From Mobula hypostoma (lineage: Eukaryota): a DNA stretch of 64,000 nucleotides. The position numbers were made by a program, and so were the translations under genes. The stretch is from assembly GCF_963921235.1 (NCBI RefSeq), contig NC_086097.1:118298001-118362000 (forward strand), in the 5' to 3' direction. Shown piece by piece: positions 50,971 through 64,000 of the stretch. Every line of letters starts with the position of its first letter. Position 1 is the first letter of the stretch. The notes beneath the pieces were generated by a model. The model was not told where the DNA came from. It worked only from the letters and a program-made list of their open reading frames with translations, and made no database searches.

Positions 50971-52067
50971 CATGATATGCAGCATTTGTTGAATTATGGA
51001 TCTGTATTTTCAAGTCTGTTTGTTCCACTACACGCCTCAGTCCCCTATCATCCAGTGTGTAATTCTTACCCTGGTTGGTCCTCTCAAGATACAATTCCCA
51101 CACTTGTCTACATAAAATTCCATTTGCTATTTTTCAGCCTATTTTCCCAGTTTGTCCAGATCATGCTGAAAGCTCTCATAGACTTCCTCACTGCCCACCA
51201 CACCCTAATCTTGGTATCAAATGCAAATTTGCTGATCCAATTTACCACATTAATATCCAAGTCAGTAATATAGATGACAACCAGCAATGGACTGAGCACC
51301 AGTCTCTGCAGCACACCACTCCAGTCAGAGAGACAACCAACTAACACCACTTTCTTCCTTCTCCCCTTAAGCCAATGCTGAATTCAATTTGCTCTTTCAT
51401 CCTGAGTTCCAAGCAACTTATCCTGTTGGACCAGACTCCCACACAGTATTTTGACAAAGGTCTAACTAACATTCATGAAGCAAAGCCTAACATTTGAACC
51501 TTTATGGTAACCTCCTTGGCTAAAGGTGTATGCTGATGTTACAGGTTGAAGGCCTGCATCGGGTCCTGAAATCCTGACCTGTTACATTGGTATACCTTTT
51601 TGCCCCTCTAATGCTTATGACTTACTGATTTCATTTTTTTTTGCTAAATCTCTAAGTTGTGATTGTCTTTCAAAGTATTGACCCCAATGTGATATAAAGC
51701 CTTTGAAAAGTGTGGTTAGTACACACTGGAGTCACGTAAATAAGCAGGGGCCATATAGCTAGTGTACCACCTGTACCCATTTTCCCAGGTCAGATTCATT
51801 GCATCATAAATTCACAAAGCATGGAAACAGTCCCTTGCCCCTTTAAATCAATTAGTGTTTTCATTTAGCTAATTACTTCAAGGCTTCAACCTGGCTCAAA
51901 CATTTTGAGTTTTATCTGAATATTTCTACATTTCAAAAACAAAATGTGCTGAACATTTTTATTCTGTCCATACATTCTCTGAAACTTCCAAAATTATCCA
52001 AAAGTTTGGGCACTGCTGATCAAAATTTCTGTTACTGTGAATAGCTAAGCAAGTAAAAGATGAACTG

Positions 52068-52578
52068 CAAACACAAGGAATTCTGCAGATGCTGGAAATT
52101 CAAGCAACACACATCAAAGTTGCTGGTGAACGCAGCAGGCCAGGCAGCATCTCTAGGAAGAGGTACAGTCGACGTTTCAGGCCGAGACCCTTCGTCAGGA
52201 CTAACTGAAGGATGAGCTAGTAAGAGATTTGAAAGTGGGAGGGGGAGGGGGAGATCCAAAATGACAGGAGAAGACAGGAGGTGGAGGGATGGAGCCAAGA
52301 GTGATTGGCAAAAGAGATATGAGAGGGTCATGGGACTGGAGGCCCAGGGAGAAGGAAAGGGGGAAGTGGGGAGAAAAACCCAGAGGATGGGCAAGGGGTA
52401 TAGTCAGAGGGACAGAGGGATAAAAAGGAGAGAGAGAGAAAGAATGTGTGTATATAAATAAATAATTGATGGGGTACGAGGGGGAGGTGGGGCATTAGCA
52501 GAAGTTAGAGAAGTCAATGTTCATGCCATCAGGTTGGAGGCTACCTAGATGGAATATAAGGTGTTGTTTCTCCAACCC
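52068..52578 (-). mobile_element. Penelope 3' end inserted in the Tc1 inverted repeat
   Basis: TSD AAGATGAACTG (52057-52067) / AAGACGAACTG (52579-52589). Confidence 0.88.
52167..52202 (-). ncRNA. Minimal type I hammerhead ribozyme
   Basis: Same 36 nt as 32763-32798. Confidence 0.8.
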
Positions 52579-52669
52579 AAGACGAACTGATTTCCAAAAA
52601 GCCATAAAGTTAAAGATGACACATTTCTTTAATATTTTAAGCAAGAAAACTTTTTTTAATTTCCATCTT

Positions 52670-53290
52670 TTACAGTTTCAAAATAACAAAAAAGGAAAAG
52701 GGCCTGAAGCAAAAGTTTGGACACCCAGCATGGCAGTACTTAGTAACACCCCCTTTGGCAAGTATCACAGCTTGTAATTGCTTTTTGTAGCTAGCTAAGA
52801 GTCTTTCAGTTGTTGTTTGGGGGATTTTTGTCCATTCTTCCATGCAAAAGGCTTCTAGTTCTGTGAGATTCTTGGGCCGTCTTGCATGCACTGCTCTTTT
52901 GAGGTCTATCCACAGATTCTTGATGATGTTTCGGTCAGAGAACTGTGAGGACCATGGCAAAACCTTCAGCTTGCACCTCTTGAGGTAGTCCATTGTGGAT
53001 TTTGAGGTGTGTTTAGGTTCATTATCCCATTGCAGAAGCCATCCTCTTTTCATCTTCAGCTTTTTTACAGACGGTGTGATGTTTGCTTCCAGAATATTTT
53101 GGTATTTAATGGAATTCATTCTTCCCTCCACCAGTGAAATGTTCCCCGTGCCACTGGTTGCAACACAAGACCAAAGCATGATTGATCCACCCCCATGTTT
53201 AACAGTTGGAGAGGGTTTTTTTTCATGAAATTCTGCACCCTTTTTCTCCAAACATACCTTTGCTAATTGCGGCCAAAAAGTTCTATTCAA
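52670..53290 (-). pseudogene. Tc1 DDE transposase, C-terminal half
   Basis: PTVKHGGGSIMLW, LQWDNEPKHTSK, WSSQFSDRNIIKNLW (decayed SPDLNPIE), AVILAKGGVTKY. Confidence 0.9.
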
Positions 53291-54239
53291 ATGTTTCAAA
53301 GGAATATATGAACAAGCCTGATGCATTTTGGAAACAAATCCTGTGGACTGATAAAGTTAAAATAGAACTGAAACAGAATAGCTGTGATACTTGCCAAAGG
53401 GGGTGTTACTACGTATTGCCATGCAGCGTGCCTAAACTTTTGCTTCAGGCCGTTTTCTTTTTTTGTTATTTTGAAACTGTAAAAGATGGAAATAAAAATT
53501 TTTCTTTCTTGAAATATTAAAGAAATGTGTCTTCTTTAACTTTATGCCTTTTGGAAATCAGCTCATCTTTGACTCGCTTAGCTATTCACAGTAACAGACA
53601 TTTTGACCAGGGGTGCCCAAATTTTTGTATGCCACTGTATATGAATGAGTTCATTCAGCAAATCATTAAGAAATCTATATACCTTTACCAAAAAGAAAAC
53701 TTGAAAGAAACCTGAGACCATGTTTTGAAACTTTGACTTCAGAACAAGTGGTGACATCAATATAAATGAATCAACTATTGTTCTTTTCTGATCTGATATT
53801 CTTCACAGAGAATATATAATTGTGAGAGGCAGCTTTGATAAACAACTATTCCTATTTTTCTTGATGATGAGAAAAGATTATTCATAAAGAATACTTAGAA
53901 AGTCTATTCTGTGTTTTGGTTGTCTGTGTTCAGTAAAATTTTCTGTTATATCTGAATAAACATGTCTATTAACAAAACTCTAAAACTTTCAGTCTGCATA
54001 GCATACTAAAAATGATCATTTCTGGACTATCAAAGTTCAAAGTAAATTTAATAGTAAAGTACATACAGTGTATGTCACTATATACTACTCCGAGATTAAT
54101 TTTCTTGCACACATTCACTGTAGAACAAAGAAATGCAATAGAATTAATGAAGAATTACATATCAACAAAGACAGACAAATAACCAATATGCAAAAGAAGG
54201 CAAACACTGGGCAAATAAAAACTAGTAATAAAAATAATA

Positions 54240-56415
54240 GTTTTCGTCACCCATCAGGCATTTCTCTTGGTGGCGGATTGGGAAAAGTCCTGCAGATATG
54301 CAGAGCAGGTGAGAAATAAATACCACCCTCAGATCAACACAGAAACAAATCCAGAAATGTTTGTACCCATATTAGGTGGTACTCTGGTCAGCTGCTGTAC
54401 TCCATGTTAGGGATGAATGGCTCTAGGTATTAAAAGGTATACCCTTTTACTTTAGATATGGAGAGATGTCTGTGGAATGGAGTAATACACCCACTGCCTT
54501 GGGATCACCAGAGCATGCCTGGAACTAGCACTGGGCGTGAGAGTAAGGAAACTGATATTGGTGCTCTGGTGAATAGCAAGCAGGCACTGGGAAATCCGAT
54601 AAAGATACAGCCAGAATTCAAAGTAGCCCAACAACTTCAAAGGCTACAACTGCTGCAGGTGTTTCTCAGGGGAGCAGTCCACTTACAATTCAGACCACTC
54701 AAGCAGTTAAGAGAAGAAAGACACACATGAAATGGTCATTAGGAGTAAATGCATTCATAATGTGTGTATATTATCGAGTAACGGAACTTGAGAATGACAT
54801 GACAGCATACAGGAACAAACTTCATCAAAAGTTTATTGCACAATATCCTTTCATGCGAGTAATTGCACAACGAATAGCAGATCAACGTAGAGCGAAAATA
54901 AAAATAACTTATTCCCTATAGACATGTTAAACCAAATAAAACATGAATTAGCACAAGAGCTACAAAGAAACCGACATAATGAGCCCGACAATGCTGTACA
55001 AGAAAATAATGAAAATTGGCTCACCTGGAAGTGCAGATGAAAATAGATTTACTTCAATAACACCTTCATAACCTGAGAGTAATAGCAACAACACAGATGT
55101 AGCACCTCCATCTGATGATGAAGCTGAGCTTACAGACAAAATTATCCTAACGTTTAATACCACGCTAACAGAATACACGAACACTAACCCAGCAAAAAGA
55201 CCCTATATACTAAAGAAAAACATGTCATCAAAATTTGCAAAGCTTTTTATTGCTCTCAACAATATACATTACCCCAATATATAGGGGAAGACCTCAGCTT
55301 ATGTACATCAAAAGCATAGCCAGGTGGCTACACATCGAGAAAATGAAAGTCATCCAAAAAACGAAGGCAAGATCTATATGGAAAACCATGTTCGCCAAAG
55401 TCTGCATTAGATATGGTACCTAGACAAACAAGTAGGAAAACATGAAACATTTGAAGAACTACACAGAGTAGTATACAGCACAGAATTAATAGCAGTGCAG
55501 TGTAGTGGCTCTAAAATAAAGGCACAAATTAATAGAGACTCAAAATTGAGTAATGAAATGAGAACACCAAAATGGCAGATGAGATTAAGAATCAAAACTG
55601 AAACCTTACGAGCAGAAGTAGCTCATGTAATGGAGTATAAAATGAACATGAACAAGAAAGTTAAGAGAAAAGCTAAGGAAATATAAAGTCAATACAAGAA
55701 ATGATAAACCTAACGAAAGCATTGTAGAATTTATTGATACACTAAGACAAAAGCCTGATGCAAACAAAGCCAGATTAAATAGATACTTGAAATATACCAG
55801 ATGAAGAAAACACAATTATCAGTTCAGAAACAATGAAAAAGGTTTATAAGGGACATTGAAACTAAAATTGATGCACCAAAACGTCTCCAACCCTGGTACA
55901 GAATTACCAACAAACATAGAGATAATGAACTTTCGGATAAATATCTTGTCAAACAGAGCAACATACAATTAAGAAGAAAGCTGGATTAGGGAGCAAAAGA
56001 GAATGCACTCACACAATTGATGACATGCAAACCCCTGAAGTTACAGTGAATATGATAAAAGCAGTTATAAAAAAAATCTGCATGTGGAAAAGTAGCGGCA
56101 GTAATAATATTCATAATTATTGATATAAAACATTAACTTGTCTTCAACCATACCTATTAATACAGATTAACAATTTTCTTAAAAATTTTGAAAAAGTGCC
56201 CAAAATCAGTAAGTGAAAAACACCAGAAATATGTTGAATTAGAGGAGGAAATTGAAAGACTTTGGAATATGAACGAAGTCTACATTGTCCCAATAGTAAC
56301 ATCTATAACTGGTATCATCCCAACATCGCTACACAATAGAATTAAACAATTAGGACTACACAGTAACATTTATATAAATCTCCAAAAAGCCATCTCTAAA
56401 CGTCACTAGAGTAGT
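54240..56415 (+). mobile_element. R4/Dong-clade non-LTR retrotransposon, RT deleted
   Basis: KWS..N.FIM..YY..YR..QRIADQRR N-terminus; EKHQKYVEL..IERLW..IVPIV..TGIIP..LQKA C-terminus. Confidence 0.75.
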
Positions 56416-56449
56416 CTAGTTGTGTGCACTTTTTAATGCCTTCCTGTCT

Positions 56450-57720
56450 GTAGCCAAAACCATAAAAGGAATTACAGTGAATGAATTTACATTTAAGATG
56501 TTGCAATGCAACTTAAATTCACTGAGCTGACTCATTCATTTGACCCATTTGACCTAAACTGCTCAGTAAATGAAATGGTTGATTCTTTCAACAATAACTG
56601 GCAAATATACTAAACACGGTGGCCCCACATACCGTTAAAAAGAAATCACTTAGTAAAACATCACCACAGTTAAAACAAGAGATGATGCAGAGTAGCTGAG
56701 AGAAAATGGAGGAAAACTGGGCTAGAAATCCACCTAATATTTTCAAGGAAAAATTAGCCTCCTTTAATACTGCTACATACTCTGTGAGAAGAACCCATTT
56801 TCCCAAGATTATTACAGAGAATAGCAACGAATCAAAAAAGGGGTTGAAAGGGATAATAGATCATACATGATGGAATGACAGATCAGACTCCATGAGCTGA
56901 ATGACATAATTCTGCTCCTATGTCTTATGGTCGTATAGTCTAATATTGTCCTCAACTATAAAATGACTGTTTAACCTTGCCCCAACCCTTAATGTCCTCA
57001 GTCAAGCATCTGCACAGAATGTGAGGTATTTGCAATAGTTTCCATCAACAAAATTATTTCAATTTCAGAGAGTACAACTACAAATACTGATAACCTCTAT
57101 AACCAACCTCATAAATAAACAGCAACCATGCAAAATATGCCAGCATTTCTGATTCAGAGCACTATAAGGTTGTAACAGAGTAAACTGTCTTTTTGCTATC
57201 TCAAATCTGACTGAACCACACTCTTTAAGGACTTTTTAATAGTGTTTTCAATTCTGTTCAGAAGATTATTAACACATCATTGAATCTGGAGTTTTTCCAG
57301 ATGCCTTCAAAATTGTGGCTGTCAAAACCCTACTTAAAGAGCCAAATCTTGATAGTGAGGCACTAGCAAACTACGGGTCTATATCAAAACTTCCTTTTCT
57401 GGGGAAGATTCTTCAGAAACTAACTGTGAATCAATTCAACAACTTTCTGAATGACAGCAATATTCTAGAAAAGTTTCAGTCAGGTTATTAGAGCAAACCA
57501 CAGCACAGAGGTAGCATTTTCCAAAATTGTCAGTGACCTTAGGCTCAGCACTGATGCCAAAAGAGTTTCAGGTCTAATTCTTCTAGATCTAAGTGCTGCC
57601 TTTAACACAATTGACCACAGCCTTCTCCTAGATCTCGTTGAGAACTGGGTTGGCTTCTCTGGTAGTGCCTGAAATGTTCTCTTTTCTTATAACTTAGAGA
57701 GAAGTTTTTTTGGTCTGTCT
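56450..57720 (+). mobile_element. L2-clade LINE ORF2 fragment
   Basis: AERKWRKT, IINTSLESGVFPDAFK, NY..ISKLPFLGKI, FQSG.R.NHSTE, LILLDLSAAFNTIDH. Confidence 0.85.
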
Positions 57721-57734
57721 TGTGGATCAATTTG

Positions 57735-59135
57735 TTGTTGTTATTATTATTATTATTATTATTTCTTCTCAGCTCAAGATGGTAAAACCTGAGGCTTATA
57801 TTTATAACAAGGTATGGTGTCTTTTATGACTTTGTATTTTAAAGCAAGATGTTGATGAATGATGTTTACCACTTGATTGTGCCTATGTTTGTAATCAGAT
57901 TGAGTTAAATGCTGCAGGATCCTGCAAAGTGTTGGGTTGTTTCTGATTTTTCTTGCCATTTTTTCCATTTATCATCTTGAATTTACTGGTCTTTTATTAT
58001 GTGTTTTTAATCATTGTTTTGTTTCAACCACCTGGTCCTGTGTTGCCACAAGGAAGCCACTGATTCTGGGAGGAGGTCTGCAACTCTGAGCCAGGCGTTT
58101 GGCACTTCCTTGCTGACATCAAGTCTGCTCAGGTCACAGGGATGTCTTCCGTAGAAAGTCATGCTTTTCCACTAGTTAACTTTATCTGCTCTTTTTCTTC
58201 ACTTTTCTGGGTTGTGCTGTCATTTAAGTTTAGTGCTGTGTACTTCTATTCAGAATTACTTCTGCTTGCATGGAGTGCTGAATCATGACTTTGTTGATGA
58301 AAATGTATCCTTAGAAGTTTTACCTGACTGTTGTGTAAATTTTTCATGTCTGTTATCCCTCTTCCTCCTTCTGTCCTAGGTAGGGTTGATCTAAGTGTGT
58401 TTGAATGCACATTAGCATTTTCTAAAAATTGTCATTTCATTTCTTATTTTTCTTTGTCAGTTTTCTAGATCAGATTCAGACCAAGATATTATGCCAAAAG
58501 AATACATTAATATGGGTAGAGCAAAAGTGTTTACTGCATTTATTATATTTTTACTATTGAGTGCTGTTTGGCAGATTTTCTTAAGCCTTGAAGTAAATTC
58601 TGTCAAAAGTTTTTCCTTTATCACAATATGATCTATTTTCTTTGCTTGTTGATGGATGAATGTATGTTTCAAATTCATCCATCAGTTGCATTGTATCCTG
58701 CTGCTTTGGTATCAGCTCTATTGCACCTTCCTGTATGTTTAATGTTCTGCATTTACTGTATCTAGTCCAAAGTTCATGCTTATATCATTCAAAAACAGTT
58801 CTACTATTTGAATTAATTGTCTTACCTCTCCTGATGAAGGAGCTTATATTTTCAAATCTTCCTTGCACAGAAGGTGTGTCAATGTATATGTCATTTAGTT
58901 GTTCCTGATATGATACCTTATTTTCAAGCAATTCAGTAAATTAGAGAGCAGGTTTAAAGCTAGACAAAACCACAGTGGGCTTAGAAAGTAGCTCTGAAAA
59001 AGTGTCTCTGTTTATTTTGATAATGGTGGTTGTTCTTTTTTGATTGTTAATAGATAGGATGATTATAGTTCGCTCCTGCTTCTTCAGATGTTGAAGGACT
59101 TTAACAAATATTAGGGGTATTATTATTATTATTGA
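57735..59135 (-). mobile_element. R4/Dong RT-to-3' fragment ending in (TAA)n
   Basis: KNIINAVNTFALPILMYSFG, LPRTEGGRG, GFLVATQDQVV, YKHRHNQV; (TTA)n at about 57741-57762. Confidence 0.8.
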
Positions 59136-59859
59136 TAGAGATATACAAAATTGTGAGGGGTATAGATAGGGTAAATGCAAGCAGGCTTTTTCTCACAGAG
59201 GTTAGCTAAGGCTGGAACAAGAGGTCATGGATTAAGCGTGTAAGGTGAATTGTTTAAGAGAAACATGAGGGGAAACTTCTCTCCTCAGAGAAAATGGAGA
59301 AAATGTAGAGCAAGCTGCCACTGCTGCTGAATGAATGGAAATCAGCAAGTTTATCAATGGGTCTGTTGAAAATCCAAAAATTGCCATGCTGATCTCCTGA
59401 AATTCCCATGTGGTCAAGCACCTTATCCTCAAACAATTCAGATCTAGATCTGCAATCCTATTTGTAAAGATTAAAGATTAGCCTTATTTGTCACATATAC
59501 ATCAAAACATACAGTGAAATGCTTCAATTGTATCAAGCCATAACAGCAAGGATTGTACTGGGCGGTCTATAAGTGTCATGCTTCCAGTTCCAACATGGCA
59601 TGCCCACAAGATTCAAGATTCAAGATGCAAGATTGTTTACTGTCATTTCTAGTACACATGTGTAAAGGAGAACAAAATAATTGTTATTCCAGATACGATG
59701 CAGCACAAAAAAAGCACCATATGATAAAGAGCACAATAATTTTAAAAAACACTGTAGATAAGATAACTTACATACATAGATTGATTGTATGTCCATAAAG
59801 AATCTAGGTACAGGAGTATCTGTACACAAGGTGACTCTGACTGGAAATGACAAATTTCA

Positions 59860-61120
59860 AAATTTAAAGTTCAACATAAATTTATTGTCGTGTCTCCATA
59901 TACAACTCTAAGATTTGTTTTCTTGCAGGCATACTTAGTAAATCCAAGAACCATAATAGAATTAGTGAAAGACCGCACCTGATGGGGTGGATGAACAACT
60001 AATCTACAAAGGACATCAAACTATGCAAGTACAAAGGAGAGAAAAGTAAAAAGAATAATAATGATAATAAATAAGCAATAAACATTGAGAGCATGGGATG
60101 AAGAGACATTGAAAGTGAATCCAAAGGTTGTGGGAGTAGTTTAGTGATGGGGAAAGTGAAACTGAGTGAGGTTATCCCCACTGGTTCAAGAGCCTGATAG
60201 TTGAGGGGTAATAACTGTTCGTGACAGTAGTGTGAGTCCTGAAACTCCTGTATCATCTTCCTAATGGCAGCAGCAAGCAGAAAGCATGACCTGGGTGGTG
60301 GGGGTCCCCAGTGATGGATGCTGCTTTCCTGCCACAGTGCTTTGTGTCGATGTGCTCAACAAAGGGGAGGGCTTTACCCATGATGGACTGGGCTGTATCC
60401 TCTACGTTCTGTAGGATTTTCCATTCAAGGGTCATGGTGCTTCCATACCAGGCTGTGATGCAACCAGTCAATATGCTCGCCACCACACATCATCAGAAGC
60501 TTGTCAAAGTATTACATATGACGCAAACTTCTAAGGAAGCCGAGGTGCTGCCGTGCTTTCTTTGTAATTGCACTTATGTGCTGGGCCCAGGTCTGGTCCT
60601 CTGAATTTAACATTCAAGAACACTCAAGAATTTAAAGTTGCTGACCCTCTCCACTTCTGACTCCCCAATGAGAATTCGCTCGTGGACCTTCAGTTTCCCT
60701 TCTCCTGAAGTTAATAGTCAACTCATTGGTCTTGCTGACATTGAGTGAGAGGTTGTTGTGGCACCATTCAGACAGATTTTCATTCTCCCTATACACTGAT
60801 TTTTCAACACATTTGGGTTGCCCTATGACAGTACTGTCATCAGTAAACCTGAATATGGCATTGGAGCTGTGCTTAGCTATACAGTCGTAAGTGTAAAACA
60901 AGTAGAGCAGGAGGCTAAACTTGCAGCCTTGTGGTGTATCAGTGTTGATGGAGATTGTGGAGGAGATGTTGCTGCCATTCTAAACTGACTGGGGTATGTA
61001 AATAAGGAAATTGAGGATCTAATTGCACAAGGTGGTAATGAGGCCAAGGTCTTGAAGTTTATTGATTATTTTTGAGGGGATGATGGTATTGAATGCTAAG
61101 CTGTTGTCAATAAAAAAGCA
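59860..61120 (-). mobile_element. Rex1/Babar RT and 3' end
   Basis: AFNTIIP, FRFTDDSTVIG, WC..NLSLNVSKT.E, SILTGCITAWYG, HPGHAF.LLPLGR. Confidence 0.85.
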
Positions 61121-61134
61121 TCCTGATGTAGAGA

Positions 61135-61975
61135 TAGTCAGGATGCACACCAGCTCGTCACTCCCCATCATCCTCAACATGGGTACAACCCGAAAGGCTG
61201 TGTGCCGAGCCCATTGCTGTACAACCTGCTCTCGCATGACTGCACAGTCAAGCACCAAATCAATCGCATTGTCAGTTTGGCAATGCCATGACAGGGGGTG
61301 AGGCTCATCACCAAGAATGATGAGACGACCTACAGAAAGAAAGTGGAAGAGCTCGAGGGCTGTGGCCAGGCAAATAACCTTTAACTTAATGTCAACAACA
61401 CACAGGAGTTGGTTATCGATGTCAGGAGAGTCTGAACCACGTAATTCTACTTTACATTAGCATCACAGCAGTGGAAACTGCGAGCAGTTTCAAACCCCTG
61501 GGAGTGCACCTCTCACATGACCCCTCATGGCTCCAGAACACACCCGACACATTCTACATAATCAGGAAAGCTCACCAGCACCTCTGCTTCCTGAGGATGC
61601 TGAAGAGAGATGGGACTATGCACATCCATACACATGTCCTGCAGACGTGCAGTCGACACCATCCTAACAAGCTGCACCACCATACAGTACAGGACCTGCA
61701 CAGCGGTGGGTACAGCTAGTAGTCGAACTGCTCAACACATCAACGGCACTATTCTGATTGCCATCAAAGGCATATATACAGAAAGGAGCCAGAAAAAACA
61801 ATGACAGCAACATTGTGAAGAATCTCAACCATCCTGCTCCAGAGCTCTTTGTCCCTCTCCCGTTAGGGTGGAGGCTACATAGTATCCACACCAGGACCTC
61901 TCCGTTCAAAAACAGTTAGTTTCACCAGGCAGTAAGGCTGATTCACACCCCCACACCACAACCACCACTATTCTC
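61135..61975 (+). mobile_element. Rex1/Babar fragment (second subfamily)
   Basis: LNVNNTQELVID, ASSFKPLGVHLS, KAHQHLCFLR, HPAPELFVPLPLG. Confidence 0.75.
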
Positions 61976-62499
61976 TGTGGTGCTCCTATGCGGCGTTTTT
62001 TTTGTACTCGTCTTCCTGCAGCCTGGAACACCTAATGATCAAGTGCTGACTATTCTACTTACTAAGAGAGTCCTCCTCTGGTATTCTGACCACAGTTTAC
62101 ATTCTGTCATCAGCTGAGTGTAATCAGGCCCTTTGAGATGCTCCACTCTGCTGACGCCAAATGAGAAACAGTCCACCCCAATGTATTTCAAATCATAGTG
62201 GCGGACTTCAAACATCAGCTCGCAGTCTTCTCACCACAAGGTTCCCATGTGCTGCCTCTGTCTCCTGGAACCCTCTCAGGAACGGCAGAGTGCTGCAACA
62301 CCCAATTGATCTCCAAAATGCAAATCACACAGGGCTCCAACAGTTTCAGAATCACATTCAAGACAAAAAAAAAACAAACATAAAAGACATAAAAGAATTT
62401 AAATATATGGTTTCATGGTCCATCCAGAAGATGTCGACTGAAGGAACGCTGTGCCTAGGTGCAATCTTGACCGGAAGAGGCATTTAGAACCCACAGAGT

Positions 62500-63062
62500 C
62501 ATTTAGATCTGGTGACCAAGTACGATACAAGAGGGCCAGGTACAATCTCCAGAAAGCCATCTCGTGGGAGAAGTGGCAATTCGGACTAAACTTGAATCAA
62601 TGAAAGATGCACGACAGCAGGGCTTAGAATGCTATTACCTGGTACAAAGTGAAATCAATCAACAGATGTGACAATAAGGCTTCACTTGCAGATGAGCACT
62701 TTGACCGTGAAAACATGAAGGAGCCTTCATGAACTCCCACAGGCCCTGATGATCCTGTGATTTCAGTCTCTGAGGAGGACAATGAGAGCATCCTTTAGGA
62801 GGGTGAACACATAGAAAGCATCCAGCCCCGATGGAGATGCTCTGATCAACCAGCTGGAGTGTTCTTCAAAATCCTTAACCTCTCGCTTCAGCTGTCTGAG
62901 GTATCCACCTGCTTCAAGCAGGCTTCAATTATACCGGTACCTCAGAAGAGTGTGCTGACCTGCCTCAGTGACTATCATCCAGTAACCCTTACATCCACAG
63001 TGATGAAGAGCTTTGAGAAGTGCGTGATGAAACACATCAACTCCTGCCTGAGGAGCAATCTG
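62500..63062 (+). mobile_element. Rex1/Babar ORF2 fragment
   Basis: KASSPDG, ILNLSL..V.TCFKQASIIPVPQK..DYHPVTLTSTVMKSFE. Confidence 0.8.
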
Positions 63063-63879
63063 GAGCAAACCATTACTGTTTTGTTGTGAAGTGCTGGCAA
63101 ACGTCTTTTGAAATGTTTTCCATATCTGAAATGTTTCACAATATTACTGAAAGTAAGTCAAGTTCTTGGTTGTTTTATCGGAGTGCATTCTCTTCAAATG
63201 TTAAAGGAAACTAGAGACTTTCATTGCCTCATTTGAAAAATGTATTTCACACAACAGACACTTTGATTGCTTTTGGTTGCTTGGTGCCGGATTGAATCCA
63301 TATTTCAGATACTCCACACTATACTGTCTACACTTCTTTTTTCATTTGGTCTGCCTCCGCCTTATTGTTATGGATTAACAACAACAGTCAGTCAACTAAT
63401 GTTCTATTGTTAAGTCCAAACTCAAGTGTCGCGATCAATAAAGTGGAAAGTTATGATGTCATCATAGCTCTGGCAAAATCTGCCTCTGCCTGAAGGTACA
63501 TAAAGTGGGTCGGTGACATCTCTATTGGGCAACAGATGAGAGAACTGATGTCAAGACCATTCACAAAGGCAGAGTCAGAACTTTACCCCATTGAATTCCA
63601 TGCTCTAATTCATGTGAATTGCATCATTGTGTGATTAGAATATGGGAATTGTATCGGCTAAAACTGTACTACAGTAGTGAATGACAAGATTGCACTAGGT
63701 AATAACATGATTTCTTCAGTCTACATTTCTCATGACATGCCAAACAGAGAAGTGTCACATTGCTTTTCCACGTCTATAATGCGCTTTGAGCAAAGTCTAA
63801 GAGGTTGGTGGATTGGCAAGAGATGAGGTGATTATGTGATCATTGTAATCAATGATGAAGCACCAAGGATCAAAGGAGA

Positions 63880-64000
63880 ATGTGACTAAACACATTGATG
63901 AAGAAAGAGCAGTAGATGTAGTGTATATAGATTTCAGCAAGGCATTTGATAAGGTACCCCATGCAAACCTTATTGAGAAAGTAAGGAGGCATGGGATTCA
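63880..64000 (+). mobile_element. CR1 RT fragment running off the window
   Basis: AVDVVYIDFSKAFDKVPH. Confidence 0.85.

Larger units (their letters stand above)
49300..51480 (-). mobile_element. CR1 3' fragment with nested inserts
   Basis: LFKTLVRP.L..QFWS, RGDLIEVYKIMK, VVKVWNKLP, ISKFAFDTK. Confidence 0.85.
51999..53637 (-). mobile_element. Tc1-family transposon, rearranged
   Basis: Long inverted repeats; right end CACTG+TA; transposase C-terminal half. Confidence 0.9.

Noticed and set aside
59860..61975. Head-to-head Rex1 pieces as one inverted insertion
   Set aside because: They cover overlapping parts of ORF2 and differ strongly in sequence, so they are more likely independent subfamilies

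Overview
Eukaryotic, repeat-saturated DNA with no host gene, rRNA, tRNA or CRISPR array that I can identify. The repeat mix (CR1 with esterase ORF1, Rex1/Babar, Penelope, V-SINEs, Tc1, R4/Dong, L2) suggests a vertebrate, most likely a cartilaginous fish; this is inference. Main landmarks: (1) a 4.8-kb Gmr1-like LTR element (3092-7892, minus, TSD AAAA) that keeps gag-protease but has lost its integrase and RT cores; (2) a near-intact CR1 LINE (about 12255-15797); (3) a second Gmr1-like element (37342-44873, plus, TSD GTAC, order gag-PR-IN-RT), interrupted by a solo LTR of the first family and by a Penelope 3' end; (4) many Penelope terminal repeats, three of which carry an identical 36-nt minimal type I hammerhead ribozyme; (5) a rearranged Tc1 with two right arms, a Harbinger-like element, R4/Dong pieces next to (TAA)n, and L2, Rex1 and SINE debris. 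Most listed ORFs are antisense or chance frames of repeats. I see no clearly new system. The best leads are the gag-PR-only Gmr1 family and the hammerhead-bearing Penelope repeats. Boundaries without a stated TSD or TIR are approximate, and family calls come from motif recognition rather than database searches.
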